From contig JAIFVX010000002.1 of NCBI GenBank assembly GCA_019659125.1, forward strand, positions 94,694 to 158,693: 64,000 nt of DNA. The letters are read 5' to 3'. Numbering within the stretch: the first letter of the stretch is position 1; every line of letters starts with the position of its first letter. The stretch is from Candidatus Pacearchaeota archaeon (GTDB lineage Archaea > Nanobdellota > Nanobdellia > Pacearchaeales > GW2011-AR1). The position numbers were made by a program, and so were the translations under genes. A model generated the notes under the pieces. It saw only the letters and a program-made list of their open reading frames with translations, was not told where the DNA came from and searched no databases. This document shows positions 49,196 to 58,918 of this stretch, piece after piece.

Positions 49196-50350
49196 ATGAG
49201 GTTCGACTTTGTTGTTCTAGGTGCTACAGGGCTGCAGGGAAAAATAGCGTCCAAGGACCTTCTTGAACGTGGGTTTTCCGTCCTGATGTGTGGGCGTGAT
49301 GAAAGCAGAATTGAGCACTTGCTTAAGAGATATAAGAAGACAAAATTCTCCTATGTGGATATCCGTGACGAGGCTAAGGCCGTAGATATTGTCAAGAAGT
49401 CTGGAGCAACAGTTGTTGTCAATTGTGTCGAGGGTGATTGGAACCTTGCTATTCTCCAGATCTGCATCAAGGCAGGTGTAAACTGCGTCGATCTTGGATC
49501 TGAGATATGGATGACACGGAAACAATTCGCTTTAGGAAGTATCTTACGGAAAAAAGGTCTCGTCCATATAACAGGATGTGGATCTGTACCTGGAGTGGGG
49601 AACGTGATGCTTCGATATGCAGCGGAGAAATTTGATAGCATCAAGACAATTGAAGTCGGATTTGCCTGGAGCTCGAATATACAGAAATTCGTCGTTCCTT
49701 TCTCCATACAAAGCATCATTGAGGAATTTACTGATCCTGCAACCAATATCGAGAACAGGAAATTTGTGAAAATCACTCCTATGAGCTCTGTTAAGGAAGC
49801 CAGAGACTCTGTTGTGGGAAGGCAGGAGCGATTCTATGCACGCCACCCGGAAACATACACCTTCTATCATTACTTTAAGAAGAAAGGAGTGAAAAATGTC
49901 AGGTTTTCTGCTGAATTTCCCCCTCACTCGTTTGATAAGATAGAATCATTCATCAAATTGGGATTTGGAAGCGCTCTTCCTATTGACATTGATGGAAAGC
50001 CAGTATTGCCTATCAATTTTTTAACGGAGCTCTTGAAACGCCTTGACATTCCAGAAAACTACACTGAGAAAGAGGATCTCTGGGTGACGTTAGAGGGAAG
50101 GAGCAAGGGGAAAAAGAAGTTTACGCGAATGCAATGCGTTGTAAAAACTATTGATGGCTGGGAGGATGCCGGATGCAACATTGATACTGGTATCTCTGCC
50201 AGCATTATGGCTCAGCTTATTCATAGGGGGAGTATCAAAACGCCTGGAAGCTATGCCCCTGAGGCCATCGTCCCTCCACAAGAATTTTTTAGGGAGTTAC
50301 GAAAAAGGGAGATGATTGTCTACGAGAATGGAAGGATGATTAACCAGTAA
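49196..50350 (+). CDS. Saccharopine dehydrogenase-like oxidoreductase, paralog 1
   Basis: LGATGLQG, VVNC, VDLG, GCGSVPG, PFS, RHPE, APEAIVP. Confidence 0.85.
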   Translation: MRFDFVVLGATGLQGKIASKDLLERGFSVLMCGRDESRIEHLLKRYKKTKFSYVDIRDEAKAVDIVKKSGATVVVNCVEGDWNLAILQICIKAGVNCVDLGSEIWMTRKQFALGSILRKKGLVHITGCGSVPGVGNVMLRYAAEKFDSIKTIEVGFAWSSNIQKFVVPFSIQSIIEEFTDPATNIENRKFVKITPMSSVKEARDSVVGRQERFYARHPETYTFYHYFKKKGVKNVRFSAEFPPHSFDKIESFIKLGFGSALPIDIDGKPVLPINFLTELLKRLDIPENYTEKEDLWVTLEGRSKGKKKFTRMQCVVKTIDGWEDAGCNIDTGISASIMAQLIHRGSIKTPGSYAPEAIVPPQEFFRELRKREMIVYENGRMINQ

Positions 50351-51508
50351 GTGCTTCTTTTCGTTAATACGCCTGCCATTATCATAAATATGAATGCCTC
50401 GGTTGTCTAGCTCTTGGAAAAAGACAGGGCAGGGGACAACAGCTTCAGGACCATATACACCTGTCTGAGTTATTAATCTAGTATGAAGCATTTGCGATAT
50501 GATCGAGATTGTCCTTCCCGTGTTAACATTGCTTCCTGATTTTTCCCATCCTTTCAGTGTCCGCACAATGCAGTCCATCTGGCGGAATAATGGTTTCTTG
50601 TTCTTCTTTCCCCAGATTCTTACCCAAAGATTTTCAACTTCTGTATATCCTGGAGGAAATCGTAGTCTCTTCAATACCTGTGTGGTAAAGCTTGCAGGCT
50701 TAATGCTTATACCGTCCACTTCAAGCGCTTCTTCAGAACTGAATCCAAGCTCCATAAGCATGTTGATGACCTTCAATGAATGTTCCGGAAAACCAGCCAT
50801 ATAATGGAGATTCTTTAGGCCTTTGTATTTGAAATATTTGGCGAAGGTGAATGCCTCCGAATGGACAATGCAATGCACTGTCTGCTTGCCTATCTCTTTG
50901 AACATGTAGGTCGCCATGCAATTCATTCTATCGGCTTTTACGAGCTTTCCATTACGAAGAATAATGGGAGCTGTGTTAAACTCGTTGAATATACTCTTAA
51001 TGGAATAGGGTACAACAAAATCCTTGATATTGGAATCCCATGCGAAACCTAAATCAATAGTGTCAACACTGTCAAATTCATTGATTGCATGTGCAGCCAT
51101 AACGTTTGTAATTCCTGGAGTTGAACCACACCCTGTAATATTGATGATTCCTCTCTTCCGGAAATCCTGATCAAGCTTGAACTGCTGTATGGTAATGTCA
51201 TTAAGCCCTCCGAGATCAGTACATGATCTTCCTGCAACAAGGCATGCTTTCATGATAGGAACATTATAGATAAGTTCTGAACAGTTGACAACTACTTTAG
51301 CTCCGGAGCGAAGTATAGCTGCAAGGATCTCTTCCTGCTTTTTAAGATCCACTCTCATGAATGAGGCACGCTTATTCTTCAGCATATCCTGGACTGCTGA
51401 AGAATCCCTGCCTGCAAGGACAATTCTATGACCACACTCAAGTAAATCTCTTGCACAAATCCTTCCTTGTTGCCCTGTTCCTCCAAAAACTATAAAATCA
51501 CATACCAT
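50297..51508 (-). CDS. Saccharopine dehydrogenase-like oxidoreductase, paralog 2
   Basis: FGGTGQQG, VVNC, TDLGG, GCGSTPG, PYS, VHSE, GPEAVVP. Confidence 0.85.
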   Translation of the reverse strand: MVCDFIVFGGTGQQGRICARDLLECGHRIVLAGRDSSAVQDMLKNKRASFMRVDLKKQEEILAAILRSGAKVVVNCSELIYNVPIMKACLVAGRSCTDLGGLNDITIQQFKLDQDFRKRGIINITGCGSTPGITNVMAAHAINEFDSVDTIDLGFAWDSNIKDFVVPYSIKSIFNEFNTAPIILRNGKLVKADRMNCMATYMFKEIGKQTVHCIVHSEAFTFAKYFKYKGLKNLHYMAGFPEHSLKVINMLMELGFSSEEALEVDGISIKPASFTTQVLKRLRFPPGYTEVENLWVRIWGKKNKKPLFRQMDCIVRTLKGWEKSGSNVNTGRTISIISQMLHTRLITQTGVYGPEAVVPCPVFFQELDNRGIHIYDNGRRINEKKHLLVNHPSILVDNHLPFS

Positions 51509-52251
51509 TACAATTCTCTTTTGTTTTCAAAAACTTTGATACCTCTTCTCTTTAATTCCCTGAAGAATAGGATGGGATTTATAATTGTTTCTGGTGGAAA
51601 AGCTCCTTTCTTCTCAATGGTAGGAATCATCTGAGCAATGATGGAGCACGGAACGGCTGTATCAATGACTCCCGCAGGGTATTTTCCGTCCGACTTTGTA
51701 AGAGCAGACATGATGAGTTTTTCATCAAATGCAACCCTCAATAACTCTTCATCTTTGATAGTGACCTTGGAAGGAATGAATTGATCCATGACTTTTGCAG
51801 TCATATCAATGATTGATGTATTTTTACCGTCAACATTTAGCTCTTCCCTTGATGTTAGACCAAGGTTAATGAGTGTTTTTATTACAGCATTGAATTCTTC
51901 TGGAAATGTGACTCTAAATTCACAGTTTTTTAGTCCGTTTTTCTTAAATGAGCTAGGAAGAGTAGCCAATTCTGAGTGCAAGCTATAGAATCCTCTCATC
52001 TTCCCAAACGAACCGAAATTGTATTCCTTTACACCCTCTCCCGGCTTCGCAAAGAATAATTTTCCTTGTCTATAGACTGCAGGAGCCTTTGTGTACTCAT
52101 CAATCAATGTCTTGAAGCTATAGGGAAGAACAAATGGTTGATTGTAGTGCGTGGAATCCCTGTCAGCGAAGGTGATATCAATAGAATGGAAGTGATGTAT
52201 CTTTTGCGCTCCATAGGCAGCCATAACGTTTGTAATTCCTGGAGTTGAACC
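51093..52251. repeat. Perfect 35-nt direct repeat at 51093-51127 and 52217-52251
   Basis: GCAGCCATAACGTTTGTAATTCCTGGAGTTGAACC is identical in paralogs 2 and 3. Confidence 0.9.
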
Positions 52252-52632
52252 GCATCCTAACACGGCAACTCTATTTATTTTTCTAAATTGGTCATTAAGC
52301 TTAAGCTGCCTTCGTGTTTCGTGAAATAGTCCTCCTAGATCAACATAATGTGTCTTTGCCTGCAAACAGCATTTCATGATATGTATATTGAAATAATACT
52401 GTACGCAGTTGACGACAACATCCGCTCCTTTTACGAGCAAAGTAAGTTGAGATTGATTTTCTATGTCCACATATCGTGCTGTAATGCGGGATGAATGAAA
52501 TAACTTAGCATAACTCTGTGCTTTTTCTTTATCTCTTCCAGCAATGATGATATCATCTTTTGTTGTTCGAAAAAGATCCCTGACAACTGCTTTCCCTATA
52601 ATGCCATAGCCACCTAGAACTACATATTTCAT
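51508..52632 (-). CDS. Saccharopine dehydrogenase-like oxidoreductase, paralog 3
   Basis: LGGYGIIG, VVNC, VDLGG, GCGSTPG, PYS, LHSE, PPE. Confidence 0.85.
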   Translation of the reverse strand: MKYVVLGGYGIIGKAVVRDLFRTTKDDIIIAGRDKEKAQSYAKLFHSSRITARYVDIENQSQLTLLVKGADVVVNCVQYYFNIHIMKCCLQAKTHYVDLGGLFHETRRQLKLNDQFRKINRVAVLGCGSTPGITNVMAAYGAQKIHHFHSIDITFADRDSTHYNQPFVLPYSFKTLIDEYTKAPAVYRQGKLFFAKPGEGVKEYNFGSFGKMRGFYSLHSELATLPSSFKKNGLKNCEFRVTFPEEFNAVIKTLINLGLTSREELNVDGKNTSIIDMTAKVMDQFIPSKVTIKDEELLRVAFDEKLIMSALTKSDGKYPAGVIDTAVPCSIIAQMIPTIEKKGAFPPETIINPILFFRELKRRGIKVFENKREL

Positions 52633-54068
52633 GTTAACCCGATATAGACATGCTTAAGGTATGTGTATTCCTCGAGTGCATAGATGGAAAGGTCTCTGCC
52701 TCCACCGGTTTGCTTGAGGCCTCCATGAGGCATCTCCGAAACAAGAGGTAGGTGATCATTGATCCAGACCTCCCCGAAGTCAAGAGCATTTGACACCTCT
52801 ACTGCTTTTTTGATATTGTTTGTCCAGACGCTGGATGCTAGACCATATGAAACATCGTTTGCCTTTTCAATAGCCTCTGATTCTGTCTTAAACGATGCAA
52901 GAGCAATGATGGGGCCAAAGACTTCCCGCTGACAAAGATTTCCTTTCTGTTCGAAATCTTTAACGACTGTAATGGGATGGAAAAATCCATTCTTAGGAAC
53001 TTTCGATTGAAACACCACTTTCTCTGTCTTTCCAAGGTTTTGAATAAATGAAGATACCTTTTCCTGCTGTTTCTTTGAAACCAAGGGACCTATAGTAGTT
53101 GAAGACTTTGAAGGATCGCCTACGACAACATTTTCAGCATTTTTTTTCACTTCTTGGATGAATTTCTGATAGATAGAATCGTGAACGTAGACGCGAGCTG
53201 CAGCAGTGCAATCCTGACCTGAATTTACGATTGAAGCATCAACGACATATTTTGCAGCTTTCTTTAAATCTGCATCTTCAAAGACGATGAATGGCGCTTT
53301 TCCTCCAAGCTCTAGATGCACTTTCTTAAGAGTTTGCGAAGCAAGTCTCATGATTTCCTTTCCTGTCTCAGTGCTTCCTGTCAATGCAATGCAGTCAATG
53401 TCAGAATGCATGGCAAGCATTCTTCCCACAGTCTCTCCGCTTCCTTGGATAACATTGATGACTCCTTTCGGAAAGCCGACGGATTCAGCAAGCAGTGCAA
53501 GCTCTATCGTTGTTAGAGGTGTTAGCGATGATGGTTTGAGGATTATAGTGTTGCCAACAGCAACGGACGCAAGTTTCCAGCATGCCATCATAATAGGATA
53601 GTTCCAGGGAGTCACTGCTGCAACAACTCCTAGAGGCTCTCTCTTCAGGAGGGATTCTCCTAGAGGAGTGTGTTTCTTTCCAGTATCTGCATAGATTCCC
53701 GAAGCTTGCGTTGTCAATGCTCTGCATGCACCTGCATAGAATCGTATATTGTCAATCGAGAAGTCAATATCCATGGTTGCCATTGCAATTGTTTTTCCTT
53801 GATTCTCAGACTCCAATTTCGCTAATCTCTGCTTATTATGTTCCATGGCATCGGCAAGCTTAAGGAAAAGATTTGAACGCTCTCCAGGAGTGGTGTTCTT
53901 CCAGTCTTTGAACGCTTTTCGTGCAGCTTCAACAGCAGTATCGACATCTTGCTTGTCAGAATCTACAATCTCTGCAATGGGCTTTTCTGTGTATGGATTA
54001 AGAACCTCGAGATAATGTGTAGAATGAGCTTCCCATGCACCACCTACATAGTTCTTCCACCTCTTCAT
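52629..54068 (-). CDS. patD: Gamma-aminobutyraldehyde dehydrogenase (PatD/YdcW-like ALDH)
   Basis: TPWNYP, HLELGGKAP, NSGQDCTAA, EVFGP, WINDHLPLVSEMPHGG (typical of the ABALDH subfamily). Confidence 0.85.
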   Translation of the reverse strand: MKRWKNYVGGAWEAHSTHYLEVLNPYTEKPIAEIVDSDKQDVDTAVEAARKAFKDWKNTTPGERSNLFLKLADAMEHNKQRLAKLESENQGKTIAMATMDIDFSIDNIRFYAGACRALTTQASGIYADTGKKHTPLGESLLKREPLGVVAAVTPWNYPIMMACWKLASVAVGNTIILKPSSLTPLTTIELALLAESVGFPKGVINVIQGSGETVGRMLAMHSDIDCIALTGSTETGKEIMRLASQTLKKVHLELGGKAPFIVFEDADLKKAAKYVVDASIVNSGQDCTAAARVYVHDSIYQKFIQEVKKNAENVVVGDPSKSSTTIGPLVSKKQQEKVSSFIQNLGKTEKVVFQSKVPKNGFFHPITVVKDFEQKGNLCQREVFGPIIALASFKTESEAIEKANDVSYGLASSVWTNNIKKAVEVSNALDFGEVWINDHLPLVSEMPHGGLKQTGGGRDLSIYALEEYTYLKHVYIGLT

Positions 54069-54106
54069 CTTTCATTTAGTAAACCGAATTATATAAATTC
54101 TTCGAG

Positions 54107-55477
54107 TTACAATACCCTTTTCTTTTGTTCATACCATGCAAGCTTGTCTAAGGCCTTGACGGCGTTTTCAGGATAGCTGAAAGTTGGAAGGCCTGAGTCT
54201 GCCAAGGAATAGGAAAGGTTTTGAGTAAATTCCCCTCCTGTTGAGACGACTACGATAGGCTTCTTTGTTTCTCGATGCATCTCTCCTATAACCTCTACAA
54301 TATCGGTGGTAATAAGAGGGGTTTGATAGAGGACGATGAGAAGTATCGCATCAATGCCATCGTCCTTGCTGCAGGCTTCTAAGGCAATCTTATAGCGTTC
54401 CGTTGTTGCATCTCCTACCAAATCTAACGGGTTGTGGACACTCACTGTGGGAGGAAATGCTTTCTTTAAATTTGATGCTGTCTCTGACGAAAGAGATGCA
54501 AGGACGAGATTATGTGCTGAACTGATCGCATCAGTTGAGAGTATACCATATCCGCCTCCATTGGTAATGATCTGCACTCGATTTCCTTTGCATGCAACTC
54601 CTTTTTCAAGCAAACTTGCAACGTCAAACATCTCTTCCAGAGATTCTGCATAGATAACACCTGTCTGCTTGAATATTCCTAGATATACTTCCTTCTTTCC
54701 TGCAAGCGCTCCTGTATGGGACAAGACCGCCTTGCCTCCCTGTTCGGTAAGGCCTCCCTTGATAGCAACGATGGGCTTGATCTTTGAGACTTTCTTGAGC
54801 GTATTAAAAAACTTCTCTCCGTCCTTGATTCCTTCAATATAGAGACAGATAACATTGGTGTGCTTATCCTCTGCTAGATATTCAAGAAGGTCTGATTCAT
54901 CAATATCCGTCGCGTTGCCGTAACTGATAAACTTTGAGAACGTATGATGCTCTTCCGTTGCTTTGTCGAGAATTGCGGCACCGATTGCACCAGACTGACA
55001 GACAAAGCTTATCCCTCCAGGCTTAGGCCTTCTCAGCCTATAGCGGGGAATGAAGAGCGCATCAAGATTATGATATGCATCGTAAATTCCCAGGCAGTTT
55101 ACTCCTATAGCGCTCATTTTGTTTTCATTCAGATAATTTCTTAATTCATCCTCAAGCTTTTTATTGCCTATCTCGCCGAAGCCTGCGCTGACAATGAGAA
55201 GGTTTTTGACATTAACATGGTTACATTCTTTCACCACTTTAAGTACAACATTTGCGGGAACTGCAATGATTGCAAGATCTATCTTCTTTGAGACTTTCGT
55301 GATTGATGAATATACCTTATAATTCAGGATCTGGGAGGTCTCAGGGTTGATAGGAATGACATCTCCTGCAAAGCCTCCTTCAATAAGATTCTTGAATATC
55401 ACATGTCCCACCTTATTAGGATTCCTTGATACACCTACGACTGCAATAGAATGAGGCTCGAAGAAATTCTTCATCAT
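54107..55477 (-). CDS. acdA: Acetate--CoA ligase (ADP-forming), alpha subunit
   Basis: FFEPHSIAVVGVS, SAGFGE, NCLG, QSGA, SHTGALAG, TNGGGYG, NPLDL. Confidence 0.92.
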   Translation of the reverse strand: MMKNFFEPHSIAVVGVSRNPNKVGHVIFKNLIEGGFAGDVIPINPETSQILNYKVYSSITKVSKKIDLAIIAVPANVVLKVVKECNHVNVKNLLIVSAGFGEIGNKKLEDELRNYLNENKMSAIGVNCLGIYDAYHNLDALFIPRYRLRRPKPGGISFVCQSGAIGAAILDKATEEHHTFSKFISYGNATDIDESDLLEYLAEDKHTNVICLYIEGIKDGEKFFNTLKKVSKIKPIVAIKGGLTEQGGKAVLSHTGALAGKKEVYLGIFKQTGVIYAESLEEMFDVASLLEKGVACKGNRVQIITNGGGYGILSTDAISSAHNLVLASLSSETASNLKKAFPPTVSVHNPLDLVGDATTERYKIALEACSKDDGIDAILLIVLYQTPLITTDIVEVIGEMHRETKKPIVVVSTGGEFTQNLSYSLADSGLPTFSYPENAVKALDKLAWYEQKKRVL

Positions 55478-55517
55478 CTTTTTTATCTAAGAGTGGGTTA
55501 ATTTATATTCGTTGTGG

Positions 55518-56201
55518 TCAGAAAAAGAGTACGACAAGAACTGAAAGGATGACAACGTTTCCAAAGTCTGCAATTGAGGTTGTGATGGGAATCAGGAAGT
55601 TATTGGGATCCTCCTTCTTCCTGAAATAATAGAGGCCTGCGCTTAGAGTAAAGATGAATATGACAATCATCATGATAAGCACATCTATGACTCCAATGGC
55701 TAGGATTTTATATGCAATAAGAAATGTATGATCGTGGGACACAGCTACAGATATAAGGGATGTTATAAAGACCATAATGAGAGATATGATGAGGGTCTGG
55801 GAAAAGAGATTGCTTAATTCTCGGTTGAGGAATGGATGACCGTGAATCCTTCCCTCATGAAGCAATGTGGAGTAGCGTGAAGAGACAATAGCTGCGCTTG
55901 CTCCTAACATGGCATTTAATGCTGGAAGCATGATAAGAAGAGGAAGCACTGAAATCAATGTTGTCTTGACTGATTCTACGGCCAAACCTCCAAGGGCATT
56001 GAGAAGGCCTGAAATGAGAAGTATTCCTAAACTTTCTTGCACTATGACTTTTATAACATTGGAATGAAAACCATATTCTTTTATGTAGAACAGCGTCTTT
56101 CTTGTTATATTGTGCTTCTTATGTAACTTATGCTGGAGCGGATGATACTTTCTCCGTTCAAGGTGTCTGAGCTGCTCGAGATTCTTTTGTATAAGTTTCA
56201 T
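55518..56201 (-). CDS. MgtE/SLC41-like divalent cation transporter, membrane half-domain
   Basis: About 5 TM segments, LPAL, SSRYST, DPNNFLIPITTSIAD; His-rich N-terminus. Confidence 0.75.
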   Translation of the reverse strand: MKLIQKNLEQLRHLERRKYHPLQHKLHKKHNITRKTLFYIKEYGFHSNVIKVIVQESLGILLISGLLNALGGLAVESVKTTLISVLPLLIMLPALNAMLGASAAIVSSRYSTLLHEGRIHGHPFLNRELSNLFSQTLIISLIMVFITSLISVAVSHDHTFLIAYKILAIGVIDVLIMMIVIFIFTLSAGLYYFRKKEDPNNFLIPITTSIADFGNVVILSVLVVLFF

Positions 56202-56740
56202 ATGAATGTAAGTGCTATGGCAAGGCCGATGATGCTGACGATATCGCCTACTGCAGTGACTAGAGGGCCCATAATATTATTGGGATCGTTTCCGCGCTTG
56301 AAAAGAAAATAGGTAGTGAATAAGGTGATTGGGATTTCAAGGACGTTCGCAACCAGCCCAGCGACTAATGCAAGCATCATCAAGCTAACATACCATACAT
56401 GGAAAAGAATATACGTAAAGAGCGTGGCGAGTACTCCTAAAAAGAATGATAGAAAGAGTGTAAGTATAATCGATGCTGCTATGTTTCCTCGAATGATTTT
56501 TGTATTGAGTTGTCCGGGTTTTATGACTCCAAGAAAAAGCCCCGAGGTAATTCGCGAGACAAATGAACCTCCTATGTCTCCGCGGAGATCAAGAAGCCCT
56601 GGAAGGATAATGAGCATTCCGGGAAGTAGTTCAAGCTTGTTCGTATAGAGCGCAAGGAGCGATCCTGCAATGATTCCCCCTATAACTGAGATAAGCTGAG
56701 AAGAGAATATTTCCTTAAAGTTCTTATCAATAAACCCCAT
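56198..56740 (-). CDS. MgtE/SLC41-like divalent cation transporter, membrane half-domain
   Basis: LPGLLDLRGDIGG..SR, DPNNIMGPLVTAVGD. Confidence 0.78.
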   Translation of the reverse strand: MGFIDKNFKEIFSSQLISVIGGIIAGSLLALYTNKLELLPGMLIILPGLLDLRGDIGGSFVSRITSGLFLGVIKPGQLNTKIIRGNIAASIILTLFLSFFLGVLATLFTYILFHVWYVSLMMLALVAGLVANVLEIPITLFTTYFLFKRGNDPNNIMGPLVTAVGDIVSIIGLAIALTFI

Positions 56741-57951
56741 TATGTAATCTCCAACATAAGATGGCCTGGATCCTCTATAAACATCTTAAGAGATTCCAAG
56801 AAGCGAGCTGCCTGCGCTCCATCGATAATCCGGTGATCAAAGGTAAGCGAGAGAGGAAGCACCTTAGTTTTTCCACGGTCAAATATTCTTCCTGTTCCAA
56901 GGATGGCTGCCTCTCCAGGATTAATGATTGGTGTCGCATAGGTTCCTCCTATAGACCCATAGTTTGTTATCGTAAATGTGCCTCCCTGCATCTCTTCAAG
57001 TTTTATTGTCCTTGCCCTCGCTTTCTCTGCAAGTGCAGATATTTCCTGTGCAAGTTCAACAATGCTTTTAGTATCGGCGTTTTTTAGAACTGGAACCATC
57101 AGGCCGAGCTCTGTCTCTACTGCAATTCCTATATTGAAATATTTCTTGATAATAATCTCTTCCCCTTCTATTGAGGAATTAAGTATTGGATTCTCATGCA
57201 ATGCAGCCACGATTGCCTTGATTATGAAAGGCATTAATGTCAGCTTAACGCCTTTCTTTTCTAGCGATCCTTTCTCTTTTTCTTTAATAGAATAAAGCTG
57301 AGAGACATCAACATCTTCCATTGCAGTCACTTGTGCTGTCTCTGCCAAAGACTTTACCATATTGATAGCAATAGTCTTTCGTATTCCCTTGAGCGGAATT
57401 CTCTCTGTATACCCATGATCATCATACTTTTTCTGTACAGGAACAAGTTGTTGAGGAATTGCTTCTGGCTTTTGCTTTTCTATATCAGTTTTTATGATTC
57501 TTTTTTCAGGTCCAGAACCTTTCATTCCATGAAGATCTACATTCATTTCGGAAGCTAGCTTCCGTACTGCTGGAGATGCAAGAATCTTCTTTGATTGCTG
57601 GATTCCTTTCATGGTTTGCGCCTGAGGCTTATCCTCGACCTCGTCGGGAGCCTCTTCAAGTTGTCCGACGACAGACTTTCCTTTTACTGGTTCTTTAACA
57701 GTTACTTTTTCTCCTTGTACGCCAAGAGTTACTAATGTTGATCCTACTTTTACCGTATCTCCTGCCTTATAGTGAAGTTTTATGACCACTCCTGATCGCG
57801 GGGATGGAAGATCGACAACTGCCTTGTCCGTTTCCACCTCAACAAGTGGTTGATCTTCTTTTACAGAATCTCCTTCATTTACAAGCCATTTTACAATCTC
57901 TCCTTCGGTAATTCCTTCTCCAACATCAGGAAGTTTGAACTCAAATGGCAT
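56740..57951 (-). CDS. pdhC: 2-oxoacid (pyruvate) dehydrogenase E2, dihydrolipoamide acyltransferase
   Basis: Lipoyl domain VETDKA, ASPAVR, DHRIIDG. Confidence 0.93.
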   Translation of the reverse strand: MPFEFKLPDVGEGITEGEIVKWLVNEGDSVKEDQPLVEVETDKAVVDLPSPRSGVVIKLHYKAGDTVKVGSTLVTLGVQGEKVTVKEPVKGKSVVGQLEEAPDEVEDKPQAQTMKGIQQSKKILASPAVRKLASEMNVDLHGMKGSGPEKRIIKTDIEKQKPEAIPQQLVPVQKKYDDHGYTERIPLKGIRKTIAINMVKSLAETAQVTAMEDVDVSQLYSIKEKEKGSLEKKGVKLTLMPFIIKAIVAALHENPILNSSIEGEEIIIKKYFNIGIAVETELGLMVPVLKNADTKSIVELAQEISALAEKARARTIKLEEMQGGTFTITNYGSIGGTYATPIINPGEAAILGTGRIFDRGKTKVLPLSLTFDHRIIDGAQAARFLESLKMFIEDPGHLMLEIT

Positions 57952-58918
57952 TCTTCATCACCTTCTCTATCGCATTAATGATTCGTGCCTGATTAACAAG
58001 ATACATGTCTTCATGTCGAGGCAAAGGGACAACAACATCGTAGCCTGTAACACGTTCTATAGGAGATTCTAAACTGTAAAGAGCTTTTTCATTAATTCGT
58101 GCGATAATTTCCGCTGCAAATCCATTATTCCTTTGGGCTTCCTGTACAATCACTACTTTTCCTGTTTTCTTCACTGAACTGATGATGGTTTCTGTATCAA
58201 GAGGCGACAAAGTGCGGAGGTCAATCACCTCAACATCGATATCAGACATATGCTGGACCGCTTCAAGAGATATTTTTAGAGAAGCACCATAGGTAATAAG
58301 AGTAACATCATTTCCAGGTTTGACAATCTTAGCCTTACCTAATGGAATCATATACTCTTCCTCAGGAACTTCCTCTTTTATCGCTCGGTAAACTCTCTTA
58401 GGCTCAAAGAAAATGACTGGATTAGGATCTCGCATTGCTGAGATAAGAAGACCTTTTGCATCATAGGGTGTTGAAGGCATGACTACTTTTATTCCAGGGG
58501 TATGGATGAAATAGGTTTCAGGTGATTCTGAATGATGTTCTAATGCTCGAATTCCCCCACCAATAGGACATCTGACTACTAAAGGAACTGTATATCGTCC
58601 TCGTGACCTGTGCCTAAGCCTAGAAGCATGACAAATTAATTGATCTATCGCTGGGAAGACAAATCCTTCAAACTGTATTTCTGCAACGGGCTTCATGCCT
58701 CCTGCAGCCATTCCTATGCAAGTACCTACAATTCCAGATTCAGCAAGAGGAGAATCAATGACTCTTTCATTTCCATACAATGCTGCAAGACCATCAGTCA
58801 CTCGAAATACCCCTCCATCTTCTCCCACGTCTTCTCCTATGAGAATAATACTTTTGTCCTTTTCCATCTCTTGCTTAAGTGCAAGATTGATCGCCTCCAC
58901 CATATTAAGCCGTGGCAT
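57941..58918 (-). CDS. pdhB: 2-oxoacid (pyruvate) dehydrogenase E1 beta
   Basis: GEDVG..GGVFR, DSPLAE, EIQF, EHHSES, DLRTL. Start moved to ATG 58918. Confidence 0.93.
   Translation of the reverse strand: MPRLNMVEAINLALKQEMEKDKSIILIGEDVGEDGGVFRVTDGLAALYGNERVIDSPLAESGIVGTCIGMAAGGMKPVAEIQFEGFVFPAIDQLICHASRLRHRSRGRYTVPLVVRCPIGGGIRALEHHSESPETYFIHTPGIKVVMPSTPYDAKGLLISAMRDPNPVIFFEPKRVYRAIKEEVPEEEYMIPLGKAKIVKPGNDVTLITYGASLKISLEAVQHMSDIDVEVIDLRTLSPLDTETIISSVKKTGKVVIVQEAQRNNGFAAEIIARINEKALYSLESPIERVTGYDVVVPLPRHEDMYLVNQARIINAIEKVMKNAI

Noticed and set aside
49196-52632. Lysine biosynthesis via saccharopine
   Set aside because: No other alpha-aminoadipate pathway genes are present, and the neighbours are catabolic amine/aldehyde enzymes.
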